Shown piece by piece: positions 12,375-24,841 of a DNA stretch of 64,000 nucleotides. Position 1 is the first letter of the stretch. Every line of letters starts with the position of its first letter. Under the pieces are notes generated by a model. That model did no database searches. It was given only the letters and a program-made list of their open reading frames with translations, and was not told the origin of the DNA. Made by a program: the position numbers and the translations under genes. The DNA comes from Nemertoderma westbladi (lineage: Eukaryota > Animalia > Xenacoelomorpha). Location: positions 1 to 64,000 of the forward strand of contig JAUCBJ010000166.1 of assembly GCA_032718475.1 (NCBI GenBank), given 5' to 3'.

Positions 12375-13003
12375 TCCCTTTTTTCCCTTGTCACCTCCCT
12401 TTATTTCCTTGTCACGTCACCTCCCTTTATTCCCTTGTCCTCTCCCTTTATTCCCTTGTCAACCCCCTTTATTCCATTGTCACCTCCCTTTATTCCCTTG
12501 TCACCCCCATTTATTCCCTTGTCAACCCCCTTTATTCCCTTGTCACCTCCCTTTATTCCCTTGTCAACCCCCTTTATTCCATTGTCACCTCCCTTTATTC
12601 CCTTGTCACCCCCATTTATTCCCTTGTCAACCCCCTTTATTCCCTTGTCAACCCCCTTTATTCCCTTGTCACCTCCCTTTATTCCCTTGTCAACCCCCTT
12701 TATTCCATTGTCACCCCCCTTTATTCCCTTGTCAACCCCCTTTATTCCATTGTCACCTCCCTTTATTCCCTTGTCACTTCCCTTTATTCCCTTGTCACCC
12801 CAATTTATTCCCTTGTCAACCCCCTTTATTCCCTTGTCACCTCCCTTTATTCCCTTGTCACCTACCTTTATTCCGTTGTCACCTCCCTTTATTCCCTTGT
12901 CACCTCCCTTTATTCCCTTGTCACCTACCTTTATTCCCTTGTCACCTTCCTTTATTCCCTTGTCACCTACCTTTATTCCCTTGTCACCTCCCTTTATTCC
13001 CTT
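12375..13003. repeat. 21-bp pyrimidine-rich minisatellite, about 30 copies
   Basis: Unit cctccctttattcccttgtca. It accounts for four overlapping repetitive ORFs. Confidence 0.95.
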
Positions 13004-13385
13004 GCTCGCTGTAAACCATTGTACTGGTCGATACAGATTCATTCGCATTTATCTTCCACACAGTTCCTTTCAGTTGCAGCAGTATTAGCCTATTACCGGT
13101 ACCACAGAGAAGGTAAAGGACCCCCCCCCCCCCCCCATTTTTAGGAAAATAACCTGATGTATTTGAAGGTAAAAATCTGAAATTTTTAGAAATAATTTTT
13201 TTTTATTTCCCTTGTCTCTATTTATTTGTAGGCATAAAGTCCAAGCTTTATTCCTGAATTATCGGTTATGGGTTAAGAAGGCAATTTTGTAGAATAAATT
13301 AATTATATTTATTAGAAATCTGTTGGTTTGCTGTTCTCTCTACATTATTCATATTATATACAATATTCATTAATTTGGGGTGTGA

Positions 13386-15322
13386 GTACAAAACAAAGAC
13401 CCAAGACACTCTGTACAAAACAACCAAAGACCCAAGACACTCTGTACAAAACAACCAAAGACCCAAGACACTCTGTACAAAACAACCAAAGACCCAAGAC
13501 ACTCTGTACAAAACAACCAAAGACCCAAGACACTCTGTACAAAACAACCAAAGACCCAAGACACTCTGTACAAAACAACCAAAGACCCAAGACACTCTGT
13601 ACAAAACAAAGACCAAAGACCCAAGACCCTCTGTACAAAACAACCAAAGACCCAAGACACTCTGTACAAAACAACCAAAGACCCAAGACACTCTGTACAA
13701 AACAAAGACCCAAGACACTCTGTACAAAACAACCAAAGACCCAAGACACTCTGTACAAAACAACCAAAGACCCAAGACACTCTGTACAAAACAAAGACCC
13801 AAGACACTCTGTACAAAACAACCAAAGACCCAAGACACTCTGTACAAAACAACCAAAGACCCAAGACACTCTGTACAAAACAACCAAAGACCCAAGACAC
13901 TCTGTACAAAACAACCAAAGACCCAAGACACTCTGTACAAAACAAAGACCAAAGACCCAAGACCCTCTGTACAAAACAACCAAAGACCCAAGACACTCTG
14001 TACAAAACAACCAAAGACCCAAGACACTCTGTACAAAACAACCAAAGACCTAAGACACTCTGTACAAAACAAAGACCAAAGACCCAAGACCCTCTGTACA
14101 AAACAACCAAAGACCCAAGACACTCTGTACAAAACAAAGACCAAAGACCCAAGACACTCTGTACAAAACAACCAAAGACCCAAGACACTCTGTACAAAAC
14201 AACCAAAGACCCAAGACACTCTGTACAAAACAACCAAAGACCCAAGACACTCTGTACAAAACAACCAAAGACCCAAGACACTCTGTACAAAACAACCAAA
14301 GACCCAAGACACTCTGTACAAAACAACCAAAGACCCAAGACACTCTGTACAAAACAAAGACCAAAGACCCAAGACCCTCTGTACAAAACAACCAAAGACC
14401 CAAGACACTCTGTACAAAACAACCAAAGACCCAAGACACTCTGTACAAAACAAAGACCCAAGACACTCTGTACAAAACAACCAAAGACCCAAGACACTCT
14501 GTACAAAACAACCAAAGACCCAAGACACTCTGTACAAAACAAAGACCCAAGACACTCTGTACAAAACAACCAAAGACCCAAGACACTCTGTACAAAACAA
14601 CCAAAGACCCAAGACACTCTGTACAAAACAACCAAAGACCCAAGACACTCTGTACAAAACAACCAAAGACCCAAGACACTCTGTACAAAACAAAGACCAA
14701 AGACCCAAGACCCTCTGTACAAAACAACCAAAGACCCAAGACACTCTGTACAAAACAACCAAAGACCCAAGACACTCTGTACAAAACAACCAAAGACCCA
14801 AGACACTCTGTACAAAACAAAGACCAAAGACCCAAGACCCTCTGTACAAAACAACCAAAGACCCAAGACACTCTGTACAAAACAACCAAAGACCCAAGAC
14901 ACTCTGTACAAAACAACCAAAGACCCAAGACACTCTGTACAAAACAAAGACCAAAGACCCAAGACCCTCTGTACAAAACAGAGACCAAAGACCCAAGACC
15001 CTCTGTACAAAACAACCAAAGACCCAAGACACTCTGTACAAAACAACCAAAGACCCAAGACACTCTGTACAAAACAAAGACCAAAGACCCAAGACCCTCT
15101 GTACAAAACAAAGACCAAAGACCCAAGACCCTCTGTACAAAACAAAGACCAAAGACCCAAGACCCTCTGTACAAAACAAAGACCAAAGACCCAAGACCCT
15201 CTGTACAAAACAAAGACCCAAGACCCTCTGTACAAAACAAAGACCCAAGACCCTCTGTACAAAACAAAGACCCAAGACCCTCTGTACAAAACAAAGACCC
15301 AAGACCCTCTGTACAAAACAAA
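13386..15322. repeat. Minisatellite of about 30 bp with shorter and longer variants, about 60 copies
   Basis: Unit tgtacaaaacaaccaaagacccaagacactc. It lacks stops in most frames, so the ORFs over it are spurious. Confidence 0.95.
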
Positions 15323-16645
15323 GAGGTAAACTCGCTTTAGGCCCCAAAGAGCGTTAGGTCCCATTGCCATTTAAAGAAGCAGGTTACAGAGGCCTGTTGG
15401 GGGAACCAAAACAATTAACGAAAGTTTTGTACAGCTCTTGAGTCTTTGTTTTGTACTCACCCTTAATTTGGGTTTCTTCAAGTTAGTATAGAAGCAATAA
15501 TTATTTAAGTATTGTTGTATATATCGACAGACCTGAGACTGGAACGAAACAAACCCCAATAATTAAATTAATAATAAAGTAATGTTATTCGATAACATTT
15601 GTTTTACTTATATCAATAAACCAGAATTCAACTGTTCTGTCCGAATGTATTGAGTTCTACACGAGTGTGAGGTGAGTGTGCTGGGTTTAGCCATCGAATT
15701 AGTTATCACTATTTTAGGTCGGATCTTGTTATATCCTATCACGGTATATTGGAAGATATTATGATAATTGGAGTTCCAGAGATCCTTAAAAATGTTACTT
15801 TCACTCACTAACATAAACACTAATCATCTTTCTTTCAGCTAACATAAATAACAACTATCGATTCATATCGATACATTGTTAGCCCTTATTCAGTAATTCA
15901 GTCGGGTTATGAAAAAACGAGTGCGGAAAATATGCATTGGCACGAACAATAATATGTTTGCTCAATGTTAAATTATAAATTTATGGAAAGGAGCAGCTAA
16001 CAGTGGCACTTTATTATAACCAAATCAATAAATCAATGTCAATGGAACTTGTAACAGTTTTATTTTTGCGAGTAATCTTATTTGCGTAAATTTTCCCTTT
16101 TTGAGGATTATGAATTTCCTATCTGCCCAACGATTGATTGCGTTGATTTGATATAAAATAATAATTATTTTTAATACAAATGGGAAATTGTACGATTGAG
16201 TCATCGTATTAGGTAGATAATCTTTGTTACAATTTGTATTTTTTATATAAAGAGTGGCACGTTTTTGCTGACCCTAAGGCGCGCTCCTCGTCGGCATTAA
16301 GGATAATCGCAGTGGCTAAACGGCATCCATAATAATAATTAATTCGAGAGAATTGTGAAAAATAGTTAAATATTAACAATACATTTTGAGACTAGACATA
16401 ATTTATATGTATTAATACGAATAGTGTGATGGTAATAATAAAGTCAGGAAGACAAAATGAGAAAGTAATTAGAGCAATAATGTTGTAATAGACCTATATT
16501 ATAAGACCACCGTGATGTAACTGCTATAGGCAGTGTTATATAGCCAGTTACTTTAAGTGCTAATAATAGTTTAGTTAACATTGCGAGTTGACTATCAACT
16601 ATAATGTTTGTTGCTAAGCAACACTTGGTTTCCATTGGCAGGTTA

Positions 16646-16692
16646 TTAAGACATTGCTTCTGGAGGCCAATTCAGTTGTTTCAACAAACCAC
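16646..16692 (-). CDS. CIMIP1: CIMIP1/C20orf85-like, exon 4
   Basis: tttcag|GT then GLLKQLNWPPEAMS*. Phase matches exon 3. Confidence 0.8.
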
Positions 16693-18023
16693 CTGAAATG
16701 TAATTGAAATATCGTAAAATAAAGTGAATGAATAATCATTTTATTTATACTAAACTAATTAAATATATAACTAATTTATTTATCTATGGTATAATACTCA
16801 TAATAGGCATTTCTAATTTATAAATATGTACTGTACTGTAATTATAAATTTTTAAACAACTTCTATAATAATTTGACGTTATTGCAATTGATATAACTGA
16901 TCCCACCTCTTTTATCAGTATTTAGTACTACAGATACGGGTTACTATCAGCCCCACTCCTAAATTTACAGACTGATATTATTATAACATTACGACACTTT
17001 TACTTGGATTTTTGTGTGATTTTGGTTTAGGAATGTTTCGCCAGATCCGAATCATAATAAATAAATAATATAATTAAAATTTCGGCACTCTGTAATCCCA
17101 GAAGTCCAGACGTTTTTTCGACAGTGTTTTTCATTCGTTTACCAATTTAAATTTTAAGGTGATTCCGAATTTTAAATCAGTTTTTCGATAAGTTATTTTT
17201 GAGTTATGGCAACATTTGTAATTTTCACCCAGAATTTTGTAATTTTGGTGCAGCACTACTTTTGATTCCAAAAAACACCATCAAACACCCAACAAATTCG
17301 AAATATTTTACTCAGTTATAATCACGTGATTGCTTTTTGGGGACATCTTCTCTATATACTCTTTAACTACTCAACGATTTTCGATCTGTTTGATGAATTA
17401 TGTAGAGAAACATTGCGCACAAAACATGATTTGATATATTTTTGAATTTTTGTTTCAAAAAAAGTTATGGCAATATATGTGTGAAAAATAGGTACACTTT
17501 CAAAGTTTTTTGATTTTTGGGTACTTTTAAAACGAAAAATGCAATTCCTTTTTTTAAACAAGATTATTTCTCTACATAATTCTGCAAAGAGAACGAATAT
17601 CGGTTGAGTAGTTAAAAAGTAGATAGAGAAAGTGTCCCAAAAAGGCATCGCGAGAGAAATGACAATAAAAATGACTCGTGATTACATACAACTGACCAAA
17701 CATGCACAAAAAGTGAAGACATTCAATTTTTTCAAAATATTATATTCTTTTATTGTTTTCATACCAATAGGCTAATTTTTAGCGCTGATTCCGAAAATAG
17801 CAAAATATTTCATGTGTTTAATTACCTTTTTTGGTGTCAAAAGTGGTTCCCCAAAATTACAATTTTTAAAATTGTTGGTGAAATTACAACTTGGAGTAAT
17901 AATTTATGCTCCATATATTATTTATATCTATGGTAGATATTTTGCTTGAGGCTTATTCATCGTGTAAATATATCTACGTTCTCACATTAATATATATCTG
18001 TAACGTCCGGTAATACCACCAAC

Positions 18024-18148
18024 CTCTCGGTCTTGCACCGTATCCACCGTATTTATCCAATATATAGTTTCTATGTCCAGACCTCCAACCAACCATTCCG
18101 GCTTCCGTTCTCGGTACTGGGATTGGTGATGGGTCTACCTTCAAATAT
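18024..18148 (-). CDS. CIMIP1: CIMIP1/C20orf85-like, exon 3
   Basis: tctag|A to G|gttggt. Translation YLKVDPSPIPVPRTEAGMVGWRS resembles the family motif YIKVFPSPPVPQTTQGFIGWRS (recalled from memory). Confidence 0.85.
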
Positions 18149-18667
18149 CTAGACGAGTAATGTAATAGAAAAACATCTAACCTAAACTTAACTCGTCTCA
18201 ATTTTGGCTTAAGGATGGAAATGTTTATCGGCGTTGATGACTGTCTATTAATCATTCAATTTCCTTTGTTCACAATAATACTCAATTGGGTAAAAAAACA
18301 TTAAACTTTGCGGGGTAAAAAGCGCAGTTGTAAAATCTACGTGACACAGAAAACTTCAGATGACAACACTACCGTATAGTATGGTAGGCCTAAACAATAA
18401 TCAAACTGGATCATCAAGCTCTTGACTTTTGTTTATTTTTTTGGTTAGGATACCCCGCCGTTGTAACCATACACATTTCCATTCCACTTCTAGGTTGTTG
18501 GCTGTAGGTATGTAGTCTGCAGTAGTATATTCCTAATTGTTGGGGCTGTAAATCTGAATGAATGTCGCGCAAATGTAATGTTATCTTTGTAAAGACCTAC
18601 ACCACGTTTAGGGATACCACAAATTGTAATTTAAATAATTGTAGAGTAACGTTGTACGGTTACTAAC

Positions 18668-18847
18668 CTAGAAATTGGAGTAACTGGTTTCACTTTTAGC
18701 CCAGGAGCCAAATCGTTGAGGGATTCTCGTTTCTTCAAAGCGTTTGGGAATTCATCTTTGATAAGTTCGCGCCACGGAGTGCATAGGAAACTCCAGTCGT
18801 CGTACCACCGCGTCGCACTTCGAACCTCGTTCCTGACGTAATCTCTC
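18668..18847 (-). CDS. CIMIP1: CIMIP1/C20orf85-like, exon 2
   Basis: cttag|G to AG|gttagt, 180 nt, phase 2/2. Translation RDYVRNE..RWYDDWSFLCTPWRELIK..KVKPVTPIS. Confidence 0.85.
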
Positions 18848-20149
18848 CTAAGTAATTAATGTTTCCATGAATAATATGTTGGTATCGGTTTCGCAATTTT
18901 GAGGCCTGCTCTTATAAATGATTTTATAAGAATACCCTATTATAGCCCTATTATTACAAAAAACACAAACCGTATCAACCTACTTAAAGTATAATAACTT
19001 TTTTTGCGTTCTGAACCCGAGTGTGATAAAAACAAACGAGCATCACCCGCTCCAACAAGTTACAACTTCTAAAAGTATGTTTGTAATTTTATGACTTTCG
19101 TTAAATTTTTGCTGCATGCTTGAAATTTGAAAATTTTTAAAATTAAAAATAATTTTTTATTACATGAGGGAAAAAGTATAATTTTTCACTTTTCTCGAGG
19201 CATTTTATTTACCGAGCGTTTGCGAGGCAAATTTCTAGACATTTTTAGAAAATATTTAATTAAAAAAACGTTCTAGAATAATATAAATCTGTTCTTGAAT
19301 TACTTTCTTTAAATAATAAGAAACATTTACTAGATTACTAATCATACCAAAAACTAGCTATGCGTATGATCAACGTTTTATAAAAGTTCTAGAAAACCTC
19401 AAAATTCGGAAGTACCAGGAACTTATGGACCGGGTCTACCTCATCCACCAGACAGTCTCGTGCTGGGAGCCGAGGGCCGTGGCCCGGGCCGTCCCTGTCC
19501 TGAAACATCCGAGTTCCTTAAGAAGGACGGGCTCCATTCCGCCACCCAAGAGCCCCGATCTCACCGCTTCCTCCTGCTGGGGCTGGCCATCACCATCCAT
19601 AATAATTTACTAAATATTTTAGGCTATAGGATCTTTTAGTTCTTAAAAACATCGATCTATAAAATTAAATTATGCGGTTACATTGAATTTCATGTTTGTT
19701 TTCTTAACAACATGGATTTTACATAGCAACAAGGTAAACCATTATTGGTATCGTCTCCCAAATTTTGTACAGACTATCTTAGTACACAATGACTATCGAT
19801 TGACTAAATTATGTACTTCCACATAAAGTTACCAATTTAGTTTTTTAATTTATTAGTTTTAAAATTTATTTATTTATTTGTCTAATAATTTGTAATTGTT
19901 TATTAAATTAACCATTTTATTACCATTTTGGTTGGTACAATGTAACTTGCATTGGAGTTTATTCTAAATGTTTTTGGAAATTTTGGTGGGAAATTTTATT
20001 GGGTTAAATAATCCGACTGATGCCCAGTAATAAATTTACAGTTGAAAACGAACAAATGGTATGATTCAATTACAATTAATATTACATCACCAGAATCCCC
20101 ATCTTATCCATTTTATGACAAATTTCATTTCATCACTATACTACAACTA

Positions 20150-21175
20150 CTAGGTCGAGCGAACTCGGACAGTGGAAATGAGATCCTTCCAGGCTTCCCG
20201 ATTCTCCATAGTTGTCGCAATTTCGTTTCTCCCAAGTTCAGTATCCCTTTCAAGTTGATCTATGTTATGGCAGGTCGTCCACGACTACGCTTTCCATGAG
20301 TTGGTTGCCAGAGAAGTAGATCTGGTATGACCTCGTCTTTACTTCGCCAGCAGTGTCCACTGAATCTTAATCTGCGTTCACGGAGGGTGGTTGATACAGG
20401 TGGTATTGTACCATAAAGCTCGGCGTTTGTCATGTGTTGTCTCCAGCTGATGTTTAGGGCTGCCCTTAGTAGTCTTGTGTAGCAACCATCAATTCGTTGT
20501 TCAAGTGATTTAGTCAGTGTCCAGGTCTCACCCCCGTATAAAAATACACTTTCCACTGTGGTTCGAAAGAACTTAGTCTTCAGGTGCCTGGAGAGATCTG
20601 ATTTCCAGATGGTATCCATTTTTGATAGAGCTACCCAAGCCTTTGCTTTCCTAATTTCTATGTCCTTTTTGCTACTCTCTATCCATGACCATCAGCCAAG
20701 GTACTGGAAGTCATCGACCTTCCTTAGTTGATTATTATCAATGGTTGTCAAGTTTCCATCAACATTAAAGGTCATGAATTCGGTCTTGGTAGCATTTATA
20801 TGCAATCCAACCTCCTTAGCAGCCCTCTCCACTTTATTTAGTAGAAGCTGTGCATCTGCTAGCGTATTAGAGAGCAGGGCGATGTCATCCGCAAAGTCGG
20901 TGTCTGTTACTGTAGTTGCCAGATATCTACTACTTCTGCGTTCTTGAAGTGTGAATCCCAGATCTTTGTGGCCGTCCTCATTGCGTAATCCAGCACAATT
21001 ACAAATAGTAATGGTGCTATTGTGTCACCGTGCAGTACGCCAGCCAGGATTGAGAAAAACTCAGTTTCACCATCTGGTGAGAGTAACTCTTAATTCCTAA
21101 TTTCCTAGTAAGACTTAATTCCTTCAATCAGTCTCCGTAGTGCAAGTATCTGAGCTATTGTTGATCTACTTGGTT
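20150..21175 (-). mobile_element. 5'-truncated, frameshifted RTE-clade LINE
   Basis: Minus-strand motifs AGVLHGDTIAP, TDTDFADDIALL, FQYLG, VESVFLYGGETWTL, GHCWR, RGRP. Confidence 0.88.
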
Positions 21176-21679
21176 CATCACTATAAGGTTGGAAATTATC
21201 AGCGGGAGCCACTTTTTGTAAACGTTTGTAGCTAAAGAATCAGAGTAAAAGTACGAATATTGGTTCACCTACTAAGGATAAGGAGGAGGGAGGTGAAACT
21301 GTGTTGAAACTGATGTTTATAACAAATTTCATGCAATCTCATTAAGATTTGTAGAAAGATTTGGGGAGGGGGGGCCGGTCCCTGAATAAGAATAACGACA
21401 CTATATTCCAGGATATTTTGTATGGGGGGGGGGGGGGGGGGGGGGGGTGCCTTTTCCGCGGCTGGTAGAAATTCCTTATTACGATTTATATAAAAATTTG
21501 TGGGCGAGGGGTGGGGGTTGGCACCGGAATAAAGACTCTTTATTCTAGGACATGTTGTAATCAATAGCTATTCACTGTCTTATTTATTTTTATATTATTA
21601 CATATTTATTATATAGCCGCCAAGGTAACCTATTCTCGAAAAACTCACCAACACAATATTTAATAAATCAATATCGGTG

Positions 21680-21999
21680 GGTACTACTGTGTTTTGGGGC
21701 TCAAAACATTAGAAAAAATTTGATGGGAGGTGTGCCCAAAATTTGCACACAACCCCCACCAAATTTTTATGCTAGCTAGTTTTTGTTACTTTTGTCTATT
21801 CAATTTTGTTTTTCTCTAGATCAAATAATTGTTGTTCTAGAACATTTTAAATTAATTAGGTTTTTTGTTGTTTTCCTCGCAAGTTTTTGTTAAAAGTGTT
21901 TGTTTTTGTTTCTTTTATTAAAATGTTCTAGAACATTAACACGAATTGACGAGGGAAGAGAACATTGACGAGGGGTGTGCCCAAAAACACTGTAGTACC
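21680..21999. mobile_element. MITE-like element
   Basis: Imperfect terminal inverted repeats of about 20 bp: ggtactactgtgttttgggg and cccaaaaacactgtagtacc. Confidence 0.55.
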
Positions 22000-22784
22000 G
22001 TATCGATGGGCACATATCAGTACCTGTAACAACATTATGTAGTTTCTACACATTTAATACACAGATACATTTTGTAACTGTTGTATGTACCGGTATTTAC
22101 ATTTCAATTAATTAAAAAAATAATGTTATAGTAAGGAGATGATTGGAAAGTGAACACTATATAGTGTATACCCTCCTCCAATTTGTATACTTGCTAGTAT
22201 TTGATACGCTACTTTGTGTGTAGAAAACCTTATATGGTAGACATTTTGAAAACATATTATTGTTCCAGAAGAAATGTTTTTCTTCCAGAAGATATATTTT
22301 TGTTCCAGAACCTGTAACCTTAACCCTACGTTCGAGGCAATATTCGTTGAATTTTGGTGGGATTTATAACATGTTATAGCCTCACAACTTAGGATTACGG
22401 ATACTTGAAAGATTCAATTTCTCTTTGTGACCCAATTCTGATTTCTACGTGTTTCTGTAACCTTCAAATTAAGGTATACGATCAGACTGATGGATAGTCA
22501 CATTAACTACCATATTAACTACCTAACATAACCAAAATACTACTATTAACCATAGTAACAAAATGCCTTTTATCCAATTTGATTGGGGAACGCAAAAATA
22601 TTTCTAAGACAAAAGATATTTGTAATAGAAAATAAAATATATTCTATAAACAAACTAAAAAGTTTGGGACTAGGTAGTATAAAATATTTTGAAAAGGGCG
22701 TTTGAACACTCCTTATAATAATGATATATGATTATTATTTAGACTGCTCTATATTCAATCACAGTACTGCTGATAACTCTGATA

Positions 22785-23909
22785 ATGGCTATTTATCTAA
22801 AAACATTCACCGCCTTACTAGCCAGACAGAAACCTAACAATGCTGTAAAGCCTGGTATTAGCCGACCATGGATGAAAGTGAATCTGAGCAATTATTTTTC
22901 AAGTCAAGCACCAAAAACATCATTTAACGTGTCTGAAATTGTAAACTTGGAAGAATGCGTACCGTTAGCTGTGGAGGGGTGTGGAAGTACAACCAGTAGG
23001 GAGTTTACAAATACGCATACAATTCATACAGAATGGCTTCATGAATTGCATCGTGGGCGGACAATCGCAGCGTACGGAGGAGAACTCGTCGGTCAGGCCC
23101 TAATGGCAGCTTACAGAACATTCGACACTGATTTAGACAGCCCGGATGCGTTGCTATGCAACAGTTTCTCATTCACATTGATTAGGGCCGTGGATCCCCG
23201 GAAAACTGTCATTTACGGCGTAGAAACTACAAAAAATGGAAGTAGGTTCAAATCCCGTTTGATTCGTGGCTTTCAAAATAATAAACCTGTGATGTTCATG
23301 ATGGCAAATTTCAACATTAATGAACCTGTGCATAAGGAAAAAGAATTGAGTTATGCTCTACCCCAGGGTGTTTCCATGCCAGATCGCTTAAGTAACTACA
23401 ATGCCTGCGTTGATAAATTGGCTAATGGTATAGTTTTCGAAAAATTGTGCACCGAATGTTTAAAATCATCATTTATGTTTGAAACAGAACGTGTTTTAGA
23501 TATGAAACCTTGCGAACCCGATAAATCTTTCTTTTCTGAGTTAATACCAGCTCGGCGGTCGGTGTGGCTGCGTGTTCCTATGGTAACCATGGATGTGGTG
23601 GCACGACCAGCATGGGGACAACTATACTTTTCACTCTGGTCAGACTACTTCTTGATGATGACTGGATTGCTACCGGTACACGACCAGTACACACAGTTAG
23701 ACCGTGTGGTCTCCCTCGATCACGCCATCTGGTTCCATCGACCTTTCAATTTCAACGAGTATTGTCTTTATGAAATGTTTAGTCCGGTTGCTAGAGGGTC
23801 TAGACTATTTGCACAAGGGCGGCTGTGGTCGAGCTCTGGTTATCTCATTGCTTCGGTATGCCAAGAAAGTTTCTATTCCACTAGACCCGTTGGTGAATTA
23901 GTAAGATAA
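22785..23909 (+). CDS. ACOT8: Acyl-CoA thioesterase 8 / TesB-type double hot-dog thioesterase, intronless
   Basis: 374-aa ORF with YGGELVGQAL, WSDYFL, SLDHAIWFHRPF and GSRLFAQGRLW..G.LIASVCQE motifs. Confidence 0.88.
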   Translation: MAIYLKTFTALLARQKPNNAVKPGISRPWMKVNLSNYFSSQAPKTSFNVSEIVNLEECVPLAVEGCGSTTSREFTNTHTIHTEWLHELHRGRTIAAYGGELVGQALMAAYRTFDTDLDSPDALLCNSFSFTLIRAVDPRKTVIYGVETTKNGSRFKSRLIRGFQNNKPVMFMMANFNINEPVHKEKELSYALPQGVSMPDRLSNYNACVDKLANGIVFEKLCTECLKSSFMFETERVLDMKPCEPDKSFFSELIPARRSVWLRVPMVTMDVVARPAWGQLYFSLWSDYFLMMTGLLPVHDQYTQLDRVVSLDHAIWFHRPFNFNEYCLYEMFSPVARGSRLFAQGRLWSSSGYLIASVCQESFYSTRPVGELVR

Positions 23910-24089
23910 ACAACAACGAAAATAAACGTCACTTTTAGTAAATATGATATTATGATATGATATTAAATGAAATTATTGGTTTATAGAAGCCCTTCTATTA
24001 TATGATCAAAAGTGTTATACCAATTTTTTGATGAGTGACTGGTTTCATGGCACAGGTTGGCAAATTCAATACCAATTGACTAACATGCA

Positions 24090-24430
24090 TTAACGAACTG
24101 GTGACCCCCGGGTTGGAAGTCTAGCGCTCTAACCATTCCGACAGAGGCTCTTCAACTTACGTCAAATTGTCATTCCTTCTATCAATACTAATTAAAAAAA
24201 AATACTAATGTGTTAATCTGTATGGTCTGTTCAGGCGGCCAATGGGTCGTAAATTGCGGATATACAAGGTATCCCTGTAGTATTTCCAGGTCTATATTTT
24301 ATCTGACCTGCAATGGTTCGAGAGCCAGACTTTCAATCTGGGGTTTCACCAGTTCATTCCCATCTGGGCGTCTCAATGCCGATGCTAAGCTTTGTCCAAC
24401 GCACATTGTTATTCTATACAGGCCCTATGA
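24090..24430. mobile_element. Two divergently oriented tRNA-derived SINE head fragments
   Basis: Minus strand near 24095-24150 reads gaatggttagagcgctagacttccaacccgggggtcaccagttcg. Plus strand near 24310 reads caatggttcgagagccagactttcaatctggggtttcaccagttca. Confidence 0.45.
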
Positions 24431-24643
24431 TAAATAATTTATCAGAACTGATAGCGATGACATTGTGTCATGCAATTATGTTTCAACTTAGAATATCCCC
24501 ATTATCTTTGTGATTGTGGGGCGTCAGGCGTGCCTCAATAATGGCAAAATAATCGCCACAGTAATCGAATGCAGTTTAACAGAAACTAAGTTCTTCTTTC
24601 ATGTCAGAATAATGTCGTTACATCGTTTGTGAATCACATGGTT

Positions 24644-24797
24644 ACACGTTCGTGGGGACTTCGCGCAGCACGAGGCCTAGTTATTATATACAAATTAAAA
24701 TGCAGCGACTGTATCACAAAATCAGGTTTTGAGAAATTTACCCACACCACCAATCAATCAAAGAAAGGTGGACAGTACGTGTTCACCCCTTTTAATC

Positions 24798-24841
<44 letters not shown>

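Noticed and set aside
12362-15370. Long repetitive ORFs on both strands
   Set aside because: By-products of stop-poor minisatellites open in many frames at once.
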